In this document: positions 27,975-40,700 of the stretch, piece by piece | Position numbering within the stretch: the first letter of the stretch is position 1 | How the letters are laid out: every line of letters begins with the position of its first letter | IMG/VR virus record: IMGVR_UViG_3300045988_110279 | Strand: one strand, 5' to 3' | DNA: 64,000 nt | Origin: a virus | The notes under the pieces: generated by a model | Database searches by the model: none | What the model was told of the DNA's origin: nothing | The model's input: the letters and a program-made list of their open reading frames with translations, nothing else | Program-made: the position numbers and the translations under genes

Positions 27975-28517
27975 ATGGATAATAAGAAATATCCAATTTA
28001 GGGCGATCCGACCCCCTTTGAAGAAATTTATGATAGATTTTTTGGCAAAATTACTGATGATATGTATATGGAATGGACATAGGAAGATACTGAAAAAGAT
28101 TTGTATAACATCCTAATGGATGCACTTCCTGGTTTTGAGTTCCCTCGTTTTCCATTATACAGTTTTACCAATATAGAAAATAATGATGAAGAGACTGGAA
28201 TAGCAACTATTATTCCAGCCTTTTCTGCACATTTAACGATAGAAGAAATAAATATTCTTGCTATTCTAATGTATAATACTTGGTTACAACGCCAGGTGGC
28301 TTCAATAGAATAGACGAGAATGAAATATTCTGGAACAGATTTTAAAATGACTTCCTAGGCCAATCATTTAGCCAAATTAATAGAGTTGAAAAAGGAAGCA
28401 GAACGTCAAAGTCATCATATGCAGCGTCTCTATAAAAGAAGAAAACTAATTGATAATCAAGGCTCTTATAAATCAAACTGGTCAACATTAAGAGAGATGA
28501 GTGTTTTTGATGGATAA
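27975..28517 (+). CDS. head-tail connector/completion protein (putative)
   Basis: ATG after GGGAGG. Includes track ORF 28101..28313. Confidence 0.4.
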
Positions 28518-28818
28518 ATATGATATTAATTTCCCATTAGAAACAAAAGAGTAGGATTTAAAGAGATTGATTAATTAGTTATGGAAGTTAATTCCAATGA
28601 GAGAGAATAATGAAGACTGGGTAAATCATTTGAATGTAATAACAGAAGAAATTAGTGGATTAGTTAAAATGTATAAAGATAGAGTTGAGGGACTTATTTT
28701 ATTGTCTAAACTGGAAGGGTTATCTTCAAATGTCTGTAATGATTTTATGATTTATCGAAAAACAGTCTTTAGATGTATTGATTTGTTGGCGTAGGTGATT
28801 AGAGATGACGAATCTTGA
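28510..28818 (+). CDS. hypothetical protein
   Basis: Overlaps the previous gene by 8 nt (ATGGATAA). Includes track ORF 28597..28794. Confidence 0.35.
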
Positions 28819-29797
28819 ATTAATGCGAAAAAGATTTGAATGGTAGGGTGGTATTCACTAGGAAGATAGAATGATCAAAGATAAATGGAGAACTCTTTAG
28901 AAAGCATTATTATATTCTTATCAAGCCTGTACTGTTCAATTAGTCTAGAAGTCAACCTAGGTTTTAGATGCAACGTTAGATGCTGTTGATCCAGATATGA
29001 ATATTTATCCTATGTGTCGTGCGCTTATTAATCCAGATAAAGTGAAACAGGACTATGATGATAAGATAATCTCCATAGATCATATTAATCAATATGAGCC
29101 TGGAGATGTCTTTGAGTGGAAAAAAACTGGCACTCATTGGATAATTTATCTTGAAGAAATAACTGAGGACGCTTATTTTAGAGGGGAAATAAGACGTTGT
29201 AGATATAGAATTAAGTTTAAAGATTAGAAAGGGAATTGGTGTTAGACTTGGGCTGCGATTCGAGGTCCAGTTGAAACCCAAATCGAGTCTATTTAGAAGA
29301 ATCAAGAAAGATTGGATAAACCTAATCTTAGCTTAAACATACTTATGCCAAGAAATGAAAAAACTATTCATGCTTTTGATAGATATAGTGAATTTTTGTT
29401 CGCTGGAAGATGTTGGAAAGTTTAGGCTCCAGATGATATAAGTATGAAGAATGTAATTGAAGTGAGTGCAGAAGAAGATTATATAAATAGAGATACTGAT
29501 GATATAGAAAATAGTATGAAAGATGGTTTAATATTCGAACCAGAAGATCCTACTCCAAATAGCGGGATTATGGGAGAGACTTTTATTAAACCAATGATAG
29601 AAGAATCTTATTCTGTAGAAGAAGCTAATGGAGCTTGGTCAATATTAGAAAAGAATGTTCCTGTAACTTTATGTCCAAATGGAAATAAATCTGTTTAGTT
29701 GGTGTGGAATAAAACTACTCATGGTCAATTCACTCTAGTATGGAAGAAGGATAATACTGTACTGGAAAAAGTTATTGTAGTAGAATCTTTATTTTAA
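28805..29797 (+). CDS. hypothetical structural protein (330 aa)
   Basis: Joins track ORFs 28997.. and 29444.. through TAGs. Confidence 0.45.
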
Positions 29798-29812
29798 GGA
29801 GAGTGAATTGAA

Positions 29813-30349
29813 ATGAAAAAAAATACTTATGAGTATCCTAAATCTAGTTTGTTAGGTATGTAGAAAGATGCTTCTCTGATTATGGAAAGAATACTTTCTA
29901 ATTAGAATGTTTTGAAATTATTAACTTATAATACTAGAGATTGGAAAAGTAAACCGACCGTTACAGGAGATATGATAAAGGAAATGATTGATACTAAGTA
30001 GATTTCTGCTGTTCCTAAGATAAAGGTTGATAGACCAGAAAAATCTTATTTAAGATTGATTTATGGCACTATGGTTAGAAATTCTACAAATCCTGAATAT
30101 AGAGATAATACATTTGGTATTGATATTATTTGTCATTATGATAATTGGGATTTGGGAGATTATGATTTACGACCTTATCGAATTGCGGGAGAGATAGATT
30201 CAATGCTTGATGGAACTCATTTAACGGGTATAGGAGAGCTAGAATTTGTATCAGCTACGCCATATATATATGATGAAGAATTTGCTGGTTTGTCTCTAAC
30301 ATATCTTGCTATTCGCGGAAATGAAGATAAGGTAAATCCGCTTGCTTGA
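29813..30349 (+). CDS. hypothetical structural protein
   Basis: RBS AAGGAGAG. Includes track ORF 30056..30349. Confidence 0.45.
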
Positions 30350-30365
30350 TTATAGATTAGCTTTA

Positions 30366-31091
30366 ATGGCCGGAATTGATATTCCCATTCCTGAATTACA
30401 ACTTACTATTCACGTTCCCGTCATTAAAGAGATAGCTCTTATGGGAGAGACAAAATTTTTTATGGCAGTTCAATATTTATGTTTAGATAAAGAATCATTA
30501 ATATAGGACGAAACTCTTTTATCATCATTAACTAATTTTCAAGTATTGATGAAGGTGTTAGAATAGTCACAGGATAAAGATAAAAAAAATGCTGTTATTA
30601 TGCTACTTACATTATTATTTCCTGATTATATACCAGTAATAACTAGAAATTCAATAATTTTAACTAAGCAAGGAGAAAATTAGCCTTTGTTAATAGATGA
30701 TAATAACTTTGATATTTTTCAAAGCGTACTAAAAGAGATTTTGTGTGTAAACAGTCTATTTTAGGGAAATAATGTTATCTATAATCCAGCTAATGACCGA
30801 GCTAAAGAAATTGCTGAAAAGTTAATGCGCGGTAGACGAAAAGTAGCAGAAATCAAAAGCAAAGGAAATAATGAGAGTGTTCTAACACGCTATATATCTA
30901 TCTTGACAATCGGATCTAATACGATGAGTTTAGAGGATTGCTTAAATCTAAATATGTTTTAGATATTTGATTTGATGGAAAGATATAATGCGTTTATTGA
31001 ATGGGATGTTGACTTGCGGGTTCGTCTTGCGGGCGGCAAACCAGATAAACCAGTTGAATCATGGATGCGAGATATACATCCTAAAAATTAA
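30366..31091 (+). CDS. hypothetical structural protein (241 aa)
   Basis: Continuous frame with 5 TAGs, ending at TAA before the AAGGAGG of the next gene. Confidence 0.4.
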
Positions 31092-31105
31092 GGAGGAATT
31101 AGCTC

Positions 31106-32497
31106 ATGCGTTTTGGTATTCGTGAGATTTGCGATGTAGTACTTCGTGCCAAAAGCTATCAGACTTTAGGTAATCGTAAGTTCTATAAAAATGAACCAGT
31201 TTTGTACTTTGACACTTTAAGAACCTCTACTCTTGAAGGTGCTGCAACAACTGTATACGCACAGGGCGGACGTGGATATACTAGATTGATTGCTTGGGAA
31301 GGTGAGCGTACTCTAACATTTACAATGGAAGATGCTTTACTTTCTCCAGAGAGCTTCTCTATTCTTTCTGGTGCAGGTCTGCTTGATGCAACAAAAGAAG
31401 CTCCAATTTACGTTCATCAAACTTCTCAGGTAGAAGTTGAAACAGCTAACACTATCGTAATTCCTGATAAAGCCTGTTGGAATGGATTTGCAGATCATGA
31501 AAATGAAATGTATCATCGTTCTGCTGACATTTTTGTAATGGTATTAGGAGATGATGGTCAAGTTAATGCTGAACCATGCATTCCTGTTTCTGTTTCTTAT
31601 ACAGAGGACGGAAAATCAACTTTAACTTGCTATTCTCATGCGGGAGTGCTCCCATCTGGTACTATCGTTTTAGTTGACTATTATGTAAAGCGCACTGGTG
31701 GTGCCCAGATGATTGAGATTACCGCTGATAAGTTTGGCGGAAACTATTATCTTGAAGCTTCTACTCTATTCCGCCGTGAGAGCGATGGCGTAGATATGCC
31801 TGCTGAATTTATTATTCCTAACTGTAAGGTTCAGAGTAACTTCACATTCAGCATGGCTGCTAACGGTGATCCATCTACCTTTACATTCACAATGGACGCT
31901 TTCCCAGACTACACTAAGTTTGATCAAACTCATAAAGTTCTTGCCGCTATTCAGGTAATTACTGATGAAACTGGAGAAACCGAAGGTTCTCGTGAGCCAT
32001 GCTCTGAGAATGTTGGTACTTATGAGAGTGAAGCCGCTGATGTAACTGTAAATTTTGTTTCTAACAGTGCCACAGAGGCGGAACTTGATGTAACTGGTAC
32101 TGTAACAGGAAAGGCTTATGATACTGAGGCTTATGGAGATACAATTCCAGAAGCCGCACAAATTAGCCTCCAAATTCCAGTAGAGAGCGATAGTACCAAG
32201 TATACTGTAGTAACAACTAACCCAGCATATGAGAAATACTTCTCTACTGATGACCGTATTGAGGGCAATACAAAGACTCAAACCGTAGATGGCGCAGAAT
32301 TGGCAGATGGCCTATTAGTAATTCTTACTAAGGAGAGTAATACAACTCCTATTACAGCTAAGATTACTAAGATTAACGGAGACTTTGAGAAGAGTTATAC
32401 TATTAATAACAAGCTCAGTTTTGCAGAAAGCACAAGCACTTATTCTGGCGCAAAAATGCGCAATAAGTTAGTCTCTGTTAGCGACGACACCATTTAA
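31106..32497 (+). CDS. major tail protein (tube or sheath-like, with Ig-like insert); TAG-free
   Basis: Track ORF of 463 aa with a strong RBS and its own terminator. Confidence 0.45.
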   Translation: MRFGIREICDVVLRAKSYQTLGNRKFYKNEPVLYFDTLRTSTLEGAATTVYAQGGRGYTRLIAWEGERTLTFTMEDALLSPESFSILSGAGLLDATKEAPIYVHQTSQVEVETANTIVIPDKACWNGFADHENEMYHRSADIFVMVLGDDGQVNAEPCIPVSVSYTEDGKSTLTCYSHAGVLPSGTIVLVDYYVKRTGGAQMIEITADKFGGNYYLEASTLFRRESDGVDMPAEFIIPNCKVQSNFTFSMAANGDPSTFTFTMDAFPDYTKFDQTHKVLAAIQVITDETGETEGSREPCSENVGTYESEAADVTVNFVSNSATEAELDVTGTVTGKAYDTEAYGDTIPEAAQISLQIPVESDSTKYTVVTTNPAYEKYFSTDDRIEGNTKTQTVDGAELADGLLVILTKESNTTPITAKITKINGDFEKSYTINNKLSFAESTSTYSGAKMRNKLVSVSDDTI

Positions 32498-32503
32498 TTT
32501 TAA

Positions 32504-32538
32504 GGGAGGACTTAATAAAGTCCTCCCTTTTTCTTTTT
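32504..32538 (+). terminator. intrinsic terminator
   Basis: gggaggac-ttaataaa-gtcctccc plus a T-run. Confidence 0.7.
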
Positions 32539-32556
32539 ATAAGGAGATATAGGAGT

Positions 32557-33999
32557 ATGGATGTTAATATTTATGATTATGTATAGCGTTGGTCTTTAAA
32601 TTATATTGTTTATCATAGTAGTCATTTAAGAGAATACGGAGATGTAGAGTCCGCAAATATTCTCTTTAGTGGATAGTATCAAGAGGCAATGAGTAAAATG
32701 AAGACTGCGGGAATTGAGACTTAGATTGTATCAATTCAAGAATAGATGCGGTCTAAAGGTCCAGTTGCCGCGAGTGGGTTAAGAGTTTTGAGTGATTTAT
32801 AGATTGGTACCTTATTGGATTCTACTCTTGATTAGATCGCGGCAGGTATCAATGAAGGAATTGAATTAGCCGGTGGATAGGTAAATTTTGAGAATTATAA
32901 TACTATATTACAATAGGCTGGCAATTTTAATAATTTGTTGGCTAATGGGGCACCTGATATAAAAAGAGTTAATGATTTTTTTAGATTATTGATATAGGCT
33001 CTTATGAAAGCCAATATGATAAATGTCAATGTTCTTGATGCTTTAGCCTAGATAGGAAGATCGCTAATTGGTACTAGTTTTTAGATAGATAATTCTTAGC
33101 AGCACTATGTTATGTCCATTGAAGATGGGGATATCAATGTAGCGAAAGAAGTAATAGATTCGTTGAGTAGAGCGGTTTCAAGATTAAATGAAGGTGGAAG
33201 TGTAAACTCTAGATCTTTTGCTAATACAATATCATATATTTTTAGAAAAGTTATTGGAAATTAGATTAGTCAAGCTATAGTCGCAGAAGGTATATCTATT
33301 GGAATTAATACTGCGGATAGTATATTAGATACTGCTATTAAGTAGTCTGGTGGGAAATTAAAGTGGGTTGATAGAGGATAGAATACTACTTCTGACAATG
33401 GAAGTAGAGGTGCTGTTAAAGTTTTTAATAATGATGTTTTTAATTTGTCAGTAACTAAGGGTAATCAAGTATTTAATATAGAAATTAGTGCTAATGTTAA
33501 TGCAAAGTGGTAGAATAAAAAGAAATCTGCAAATAGAATTTAGGTTTTTTCAAATATGAATGTAGGGGATTATTTTTCTGGTTAGCCAGAAAAATATCTT
33601 GCTTATAATATGATTGCTCATAGATTCACTGGATCAGATTTTGAAGAATCTTTTAATAATATTCGTGCATCGGTAGCCGCCTCATTTTTTAATGAATGGG
33701 TTTCTTCTGGCGGTCTAGCTTCTTCTAAAGGACATCTTGGTCAGTTACTTATTGTTAATGGTAAAGTTTTTTCTATTTAGCGTATTATAAATAATATTTG
33801 TGATGACATAGTTCGCAATAGCGGTCATGAAATAGTTTCTATTGGGGGAGAAAATTCTACTGGTAATAAGTGGTATGGAAATACTGGTCCAAATGTATTA
33901 GACGCTTTAACTCGTAGTAATATAGTTAATGAAGTTATAAGTAAATTAACAATTTCTGCTACATTAAACAATAATATATTGTCTAAATACGCATATTAA
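32557..33999 (+). CDS. hypothetical tail-associated protein (480 aa, ~24 TAG codons)
   Basis: RBS AAGGAGA. Continuous only with TAG as sense; reads naturally with Gln at the TAG positions. Confidence 0.45.
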
Positions 34000-34003
34000 A
34001 AAC

Positions 34004-34032
34004 TTGACAATAGTTAATTTTTCTAGTATAAT
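34004..34032 (+). promoter_or_regulatory. promoter TTGACA-17-TATAAT (perfect consensus)
   Basis: Minus 35 at 34004-34009 and minus 10 at 34027-34032, upstream of the chaperone and tape-measure genes. Confidence 0.6.
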
Positions 34033-34064
34033 AAAAATATAAATGAGATAAAGGAGTTTTTACA

Positions 34065-34604
34065 ATGAGTGAAATTACTTTTAAAGATTTGGGTTTGGAG
34101 CCTAAAATTAAATATACAGAAGTAAAAATTGGAGAAGATAAGATTTTATCTGTGGTTAATTATCTTCCGATTGCAGATAAAACAAATCTTATTACTTTTG
34201 TCGCAGATTTAGCGATAGATGAGATGACTGGGTGTTTTAGTCCGGTAAGAGTAGAAACTTATTTTGCTATTGCTATTTGCAGATGGTATGGTGGAATTGT
34301 TTTTGAGCAAGAAGATGTGCATGAAAATATTGCCAAAACTTATGATACACTAGAGACTAATGGTGTTATTGATGCAGTTAGAAGTGCTATTCCAGTAGAT
34401 GAATTGTCTTTTATTGAAGACTTAGTTAGAGATACTTTAAGCGATATAGCAAGATATAATAACTCTGCCGCAGGCATTATCCAAATGATGAATAAAAATG
34501 CTTCTGGATTAGATACATATATTACTGATATAATGGAAAAAATTAAAAATGGTGAGAATCTTGAAACTTTATCAGTAATTAAAGATGTGGTTGGAAAAGA
34601 TTAA
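34065..34604 (+). CDS. tail assembly chaperone (putative); TAG-free
   Basis: Track ORF of 179 aa immediately upstream of the tape-measure gene. Confidence 0.4.
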   Translation: MSEITFKDLGLEPKIKYTEVKIGEDKILSVVNYLPIADKTNLITFVADLAIDEMTGCFSPVRVETYFAIAICRWYGGIVFEQEDVHENIAKTYDTLETNGVIDAVRSAIPVDELSFIEDLVRDTLSDIARYNNSAAGIIQMMNKNASGLDTYITDIMEKIKNGENLETLSVIKDVVGKD

Positions 34605-34642
34605 TAAATCTAATATAATTTACAAATTAGATAGAGAATTAA

Positions 34643-34684
34643 AAGGCTCTTGAGATATAATTCTCAAGAGCCTTATTTGTTTTA
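34643..34684 (+). terminator. hairpin terminator/attenuator before the tape-measure gene
   Basis: aaggctcttgaga...tctcaagagcctt plus a T-run. Confidence 0.55.
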
Positions 34685-34709
34685 TGGGTGATAAAGGAGG
34701 AAAAGGATT

Positions 34710-37700
34710 GTGGCTAATAATAGAAGATTAAATTATTAGATTGGGTTTGATGTTGATACTGCTGAACTTTACAGAGCAGTAAACGAGGCAGTTCAATCTT
34801 TAAATAAAATCAGTGCCGGTTCTAAAGTTACAGCAGAATTGCGACAAGCTTCTTAGTCTGCGCTAGAGTTATCTACTTATATGCATTAGGCATTTAATCA
34901 AGGGACTGGAAAGTTAGATTTAGTAGCTTTTGAAAATAGTTTAAAATCTAGCGGAAGAACTCTTAAAGATTATGCCAACTCGTTAATTTCGATTGGTACC
35001 GAGGGGCAAAAGGCTTTTTTAAATGTAGCAACAGCGATTCAAAAAGCGGAGCTTCCAGCATTGCGCACTGGCAAAATATTTGATTAGTTATGGATTACTA
35101 TGAAAAATACTATGAGATGGCAGATTACCTCCACCGCGTTAAATAGTTTTGTGGGAACCATAGAATCAGCTTATGGGTATGCACAAGATCTAAATGAATC
35201 ATTAACAAATATTCGTATAGTTACTGAAAATTCTGCGGAAGACATGGCTAAATTTGCTCAATAGGCAAATGAAGCAGCAAAAGCATTAAGTACAACTACT
35301 GTTGAATATAGTGATGCTGCTTTGATTTATTATCAATAGGGTCTTACTGAATAGGAAGTTTTAGATAGAACTGAAACTACTATTAAAATGGCTAATGCCG
35401 CAGGAATTAGTGCATAGACCGCTTCGGATCAGCTGACCGCAGTTTGGAACAACTTCTATGATGGAAGTAAGAGTCTTGAATATTATGCTGATGTAATGGT
35501 GCGTTTAGGCGCCGATACAGCGTCTAGCTCTGATGAAATTTCAGAAGGTATCCAACAATTTGCCTCTGTAGCAGATACAGTTGGATTAAGTTACGAATAT
35601 GCTGCTTCTGCTCTTGCTACTGTCACTGCTACGACACGTGAGTCTGCTAATACAGTAGGTACAGCATTTAGAACTTTATTTGCTCGTATCCAAGGCTTAA
35701 ATCTTGGAGAAACTCTCGATGATGGCACTACATTAAATAAATATTCTAAAGCTCTTGAAAAAGTGGGTATTGATATTTTTGATGTTAATGGTGAGATTAA
35801 AACTATGGATACCTTACTTGATGAAATGGGTTCAAAATGGGAGACCTTATCTAATGACTAGTAGATTGCTTTGGCTTAGACCGTAGCCGGAGCTCGCCAA
35901 TATACTCGTCTTATTGCACTTATGGATAATTGGGATTTCTTTTAGGAGAATTTAGCTAGTGCTTATGGAGCAGAGGGATCTCTTTAGGAACAGGCAGATA
36001 TTTATGCTGAATCTTGGGAAGCTGCTAGAGATAGAGTAAAAGCATCTGCTGAGGATATTTATGATAGTGTCATAAATCCAGATTTGTATATAAATGCAGA
36101 TAATGTCTTAACTCCATTTTTATCTGGTATTGCAGACGCCATTGATGCAATGGGAGGGTTAAATGGTATTTTAGCTAGTACCGCTTTGTTGATTAATGGG
36201 ATTTATGGAAATAAGATTGCTGAATCAATGCGTTCTATGGTGGCTAATATAAAAGTTCTATCTGGATTAGAGTAGAATAGAGCGAGAAATTTGTAGGCAT
36301 CAGCGGCTGAGATAGCAACTCAATTAGGCTTAACAAACTCTATGTCTTAGGCTGAAAAAAATCTTTTTAATATTATGGTTGACTAGGCTAATATATAGGG
36401 CCAAATAAATAGTAACTACGACGCGATGGATGCTAATGGTCGTAGATTAATTTAGACAGAACAGTTAAAATTAAGTATTTTGCAAGATTAGTTAAAGACA
36501 TATTCTTAGTAGTAGATTTAGTCTAGGGAAAATGTATTAAATCTTAGAGATACTATTTATTTTAATATAGGAATAAAAGATGGCTGGCAAGAAGAAGTTA
36601 AAGCAGAAATAAATAAATTTAATAGTAGAAATAAAAGTAATCAAATTTAGTTAAATATAAGAGCTAATAGTAACCTTGATAAAATTTATAATGATGTTAC
36701 TACTTAGTTAACTAGTTTAATTTAGCAATCTACAAAACTTGATACAGTGTATCAAGAATTTAAAAAACTTGAAAGCGCTGGAACTGCGACTAGAGACAGC
36801 CTTCGTAATTTATTATCTAGTGTTACGGGCAAAGAACATAATTATGCTTAGATTGAATGGCTGACTTAGCAATTAGAGGGGTTAAAAAATTAGTCTCAAA
36901 ATGCAAAATTGCAAATTCGTGAACTTGGGACTATTTTATAGACTATGGGAGCCGATCCAAGAGTAGTTACTTCTTATATTAATGAATTAACAAAATTGGA
37001 GTCTGTTACTGCAAGAACAACTGAACAAGAGGCTCGATATTAGGAATTGTTAGCGAAGTTCCCTAGTGTAATTACAAAAGCATTAATACCAACGAGAGAT
37101 TGGGCTACAATATTGGTTTAGGTTGGAAGTTCTCTTTCTAGTTTAACTATGATTATGAATGCTTTTTAGAGCATTGGAAGAATTTTTTCTGATGAAGATA
37201 TGACTTCAACTGAAAGAATTGTAGCTTTGTTTACTTCTCTTGGTATGTTACTACCCTCTATTATTTCTGTTTATAAAACTTTAAATATGTTAACTACTGC
37301 TCATGCTGTTGCAGCAGCGGCGGACGCCGCGGCAACATCAGTAGAGGCTTTAGCGACAGAATAGCTTGCTATGGCGAAGCAGAAAGCCGCTATGGCTTCC
37401 GGCATCTTAACTGCTGCAATTATGGTAGCAATAATAGCGATTACTGCAATAACAAGTGCTATAAAAGCATAGCATGAAGCAACCTTGGCTGCTGCTTAGG
37501 CCTCTATTGATGCGGCAAATGCAAAAAAAGAAGAAGCACAAGCGAATAGAGAGTTAATTCAATCTACTCAAAATGCCTTATCTACTTATCAAGAAACTGG
37601 GGATGGAAAAGAAGAGTTAGATGATTTAACTCGTTAGTTGGCTGAAGCGTATGATTTAGAAGGCAGTGCATTAGCTAGACTAAGTGGATAGTATGAAGAT

Positions 37701-40700
37701 TATAATAGTGTTTTAAAAGCTGCTCAAGAAGCTCAAAGAAGAGAACTTTAGGAAACTTTGTAGTCCCAAGAAGAAGCGTTACGTGCGAATGAAACTCTCA
37801 TTCTTGAAACCGCGAGAGAGGGCGTGGGCCACGTATATTTTGGTGGAAATTATGAGGGGTCTTTTACTGGTTTTAATGATTTTTGGAATGGCACCGAAGA
37901 AGATACTGCATCTAATATTCTTCTCAATAATGTGGACGCTTTATATAGTAGTTGGAATGACAATGTAATTGGCGGAAGAAGAAACTTAGCTTTTTCTATA
38001 GACCCAAATAATACAGAAGAATTAATTAATTTTTATGATCAATTAAATAATGCTATTAATTTGATGAATAATAGCATGACTGTTTCGGAAAGAGGAGTAT
38101 CTGGACTTTACAATGCTGCTGTTGAGTGGCGAGATAAAATGGAAGAGGTTGTCACTCAATATAAAGAAACTAAAGAGAGTATAAATGTTATTCGGGTATA
38201 GCTTGGAGAGTTTAATAATTAGACTATTACCGATGATCAAGTATCAAGTTTAGCGTAGTATAAAATTTGGGTTAACGAAGTTACAGAGGCGCTCACTTCT
38301 GCTGGATATGAAGGCGAAGAATTAAACGATATAATCAATGATTTAGTATCTACTTCTCTGAATCCTGATATTAGTGGCTTTAAAGATATTTATGACGCAA
38401 TTTTAGAGGTTGAAGAATTAGTCAATGATGAAGAATTAAAAAGTAATCTTGAATCTATTTTTACAGATGAAAATTATGATACTTCTGTATTAAATTTATT
38501 AAATTGGGGTGCTTTAACATAGGAGACTTTTTAGGATGCCTATGACAGTGCTAAAAAATATACTGATGCTATTTCCGAAGTTGAAAACGCAACAGAATCT
38601 TTAACTACTGCACAATCTGCCTTAGAAACTCTTGGAGATAGAGATTTAGATCGAGAAGGATTAGAATCACTTTCTAAAACTGTTGATTGGGGAAATCAAG
38701 AAAAAGGAATTATTGATTTTAATTAGTTCCTTGCTATGACTTTAGTTGAACAATAGAGTTATTTATAGAGGATTATAAATGAGTCCTATTAGGCTGTCAA
38801 TAATGGATTAATAGATTAGATTAGTGAAGCAAAAAAGAGAATAACTGAGCAATAGGATATTTTAAATCAATATAGCGATTCTGAATTAGAACGTGCAGAA
38901 AAAGTTGTTTATGCTTGGGAACAAGTTCGAGAAGCGTATAATGATTATCAAGGTAGCTTAAATGGCGGAGAAGAATTTAATCTTGATAATTATACGATTG
39001 ATTGGGATTTGTTAGGTGAAAATTTTGATTGGGAATCTTTTAAAACCGAAACTGCGGATAACGTAGCTAGTGCATTTGAGTATGGGACAAAAGAAGCTCA
39101 AGATAAAATTGATACTGTAACTTTAGCAGAGTAGCTAATTAGTAGTTTATAGGATGATATAGATTCTAGCACAGCTTAGTTACAAATAAATGCAGAATTA
39201 AATTTTTAGAATCAATTAGATTAGATTGAAAATTCCGTTGATGGAATTGTAAGTGTATTCGATGCTATTTCTGATGGAGTAAGCTAGACTACCAATGAAG
39301 CTGGAGAACAAGTTTGGAGTTTTAGTAGAGAAGCAGCTAAGGCTATTGAATCTATCTATCCAGGTTTTATAGCTAACGCGGAATTATTAAGGGATGGTAC
39401 ATTTGCTTTAACAGATGAGATGTATCAAGCATTTTATAATAGTTCTTAGGGGCAATTAGCTGTTGATGCTGATACCAAATCTAATATGCTTCAAAATCTT
39501 ATTTCTCTTTTAGAGGCTAAACGAGGAGAGGCTGAAGCTTCGCTTAAGATCGCTGATCAGCTAGCTTCTGGAGAATTAACTATAAACGAATTATCAGATG
39601 AGCAGAAGAGAACTTTATTAGCGGGATATGTAAATGCTTAGAATCTTGCTAATGGAGAAATGTTAGATGATTAGGTCAATAGTTTAACCGCACAAGATAC
39701 AAATTAGTAGACTTTATGGACTAATGTTAGCGAGTATTCTGCTTAGGGCGCGCAGAACATGAGTACTAATGTATAGTTAAATACTCAAAATGTTCTTGCT
39801 AATCTTGAAAAAATTAGAGATGCGGCATATGCTACTGGAATTCAAGTATCTCAAATAGGAACTGATAATGTTACTAAGCAAGATTTTGATACTTCTGCTG
39901 TTTCTTTTGATAGTTCGGCTGCAACAACAATAGATACGAGTAACGCTGATGATTTCTTAAATTCTTTAGCTGCAAATTTAGATGTAGAACCTGTAACCGC
40001 AGACGATTTAAATATTTATGGTGATGCTAGTGAGGCACTTGAAGCTAAGCAATCTTAGGCAGTTGGAGAAGCGCTAAGGGCCATTTATTAGGGGAGTATT
40101 GATGGGTATAATGAGGCTATAGCAGCAGCAAAAATAGCCTAGAGCAAATTATTAGATTCTATTGATGGAGCTATAGAAGGAGTAAAGGGAAGTTCAAGTG
40201 GCGGAGATAATGAAGGCACTAAGTATGACGAAGAAGATGAAAAGACTCTAAAGGATATTGAAGATAGATACCATGAAATAACTCGCGAAATTGAGAATTA
40301 GAACGATTTATTAGATGATATTGGAAATAATATAGATAGAGCCTATGGCGCCAATAAACTTCAAGCATACTAGAGAGAACTTCAAGAATTAGAGAAATAG
40401 CAAGCTAATTATAACAAACTACTTAATGAAGCTGAAACTTATCTTACAAAAGACTAGGCAGATCTTCAAGGGTTGTTTAATAATTCTCTTATTTTTGATG
40501 AAAATGGAGAAATTGAAGGTTATCAAGCTGTTCTTCAATCTATAATAGATGATTATAATAACAACTTCTTGGCAGATTATAATGCTTTCTTGGCTACTTT
40601 CAGTAATCTTACCAAAGATGAATAGGAAGCTAGATAGGCAGAATATGATAGTTGGCAGTTACAAAAGGAAGCTGCTGATGAATTATTCCAAGCTCGTTAG

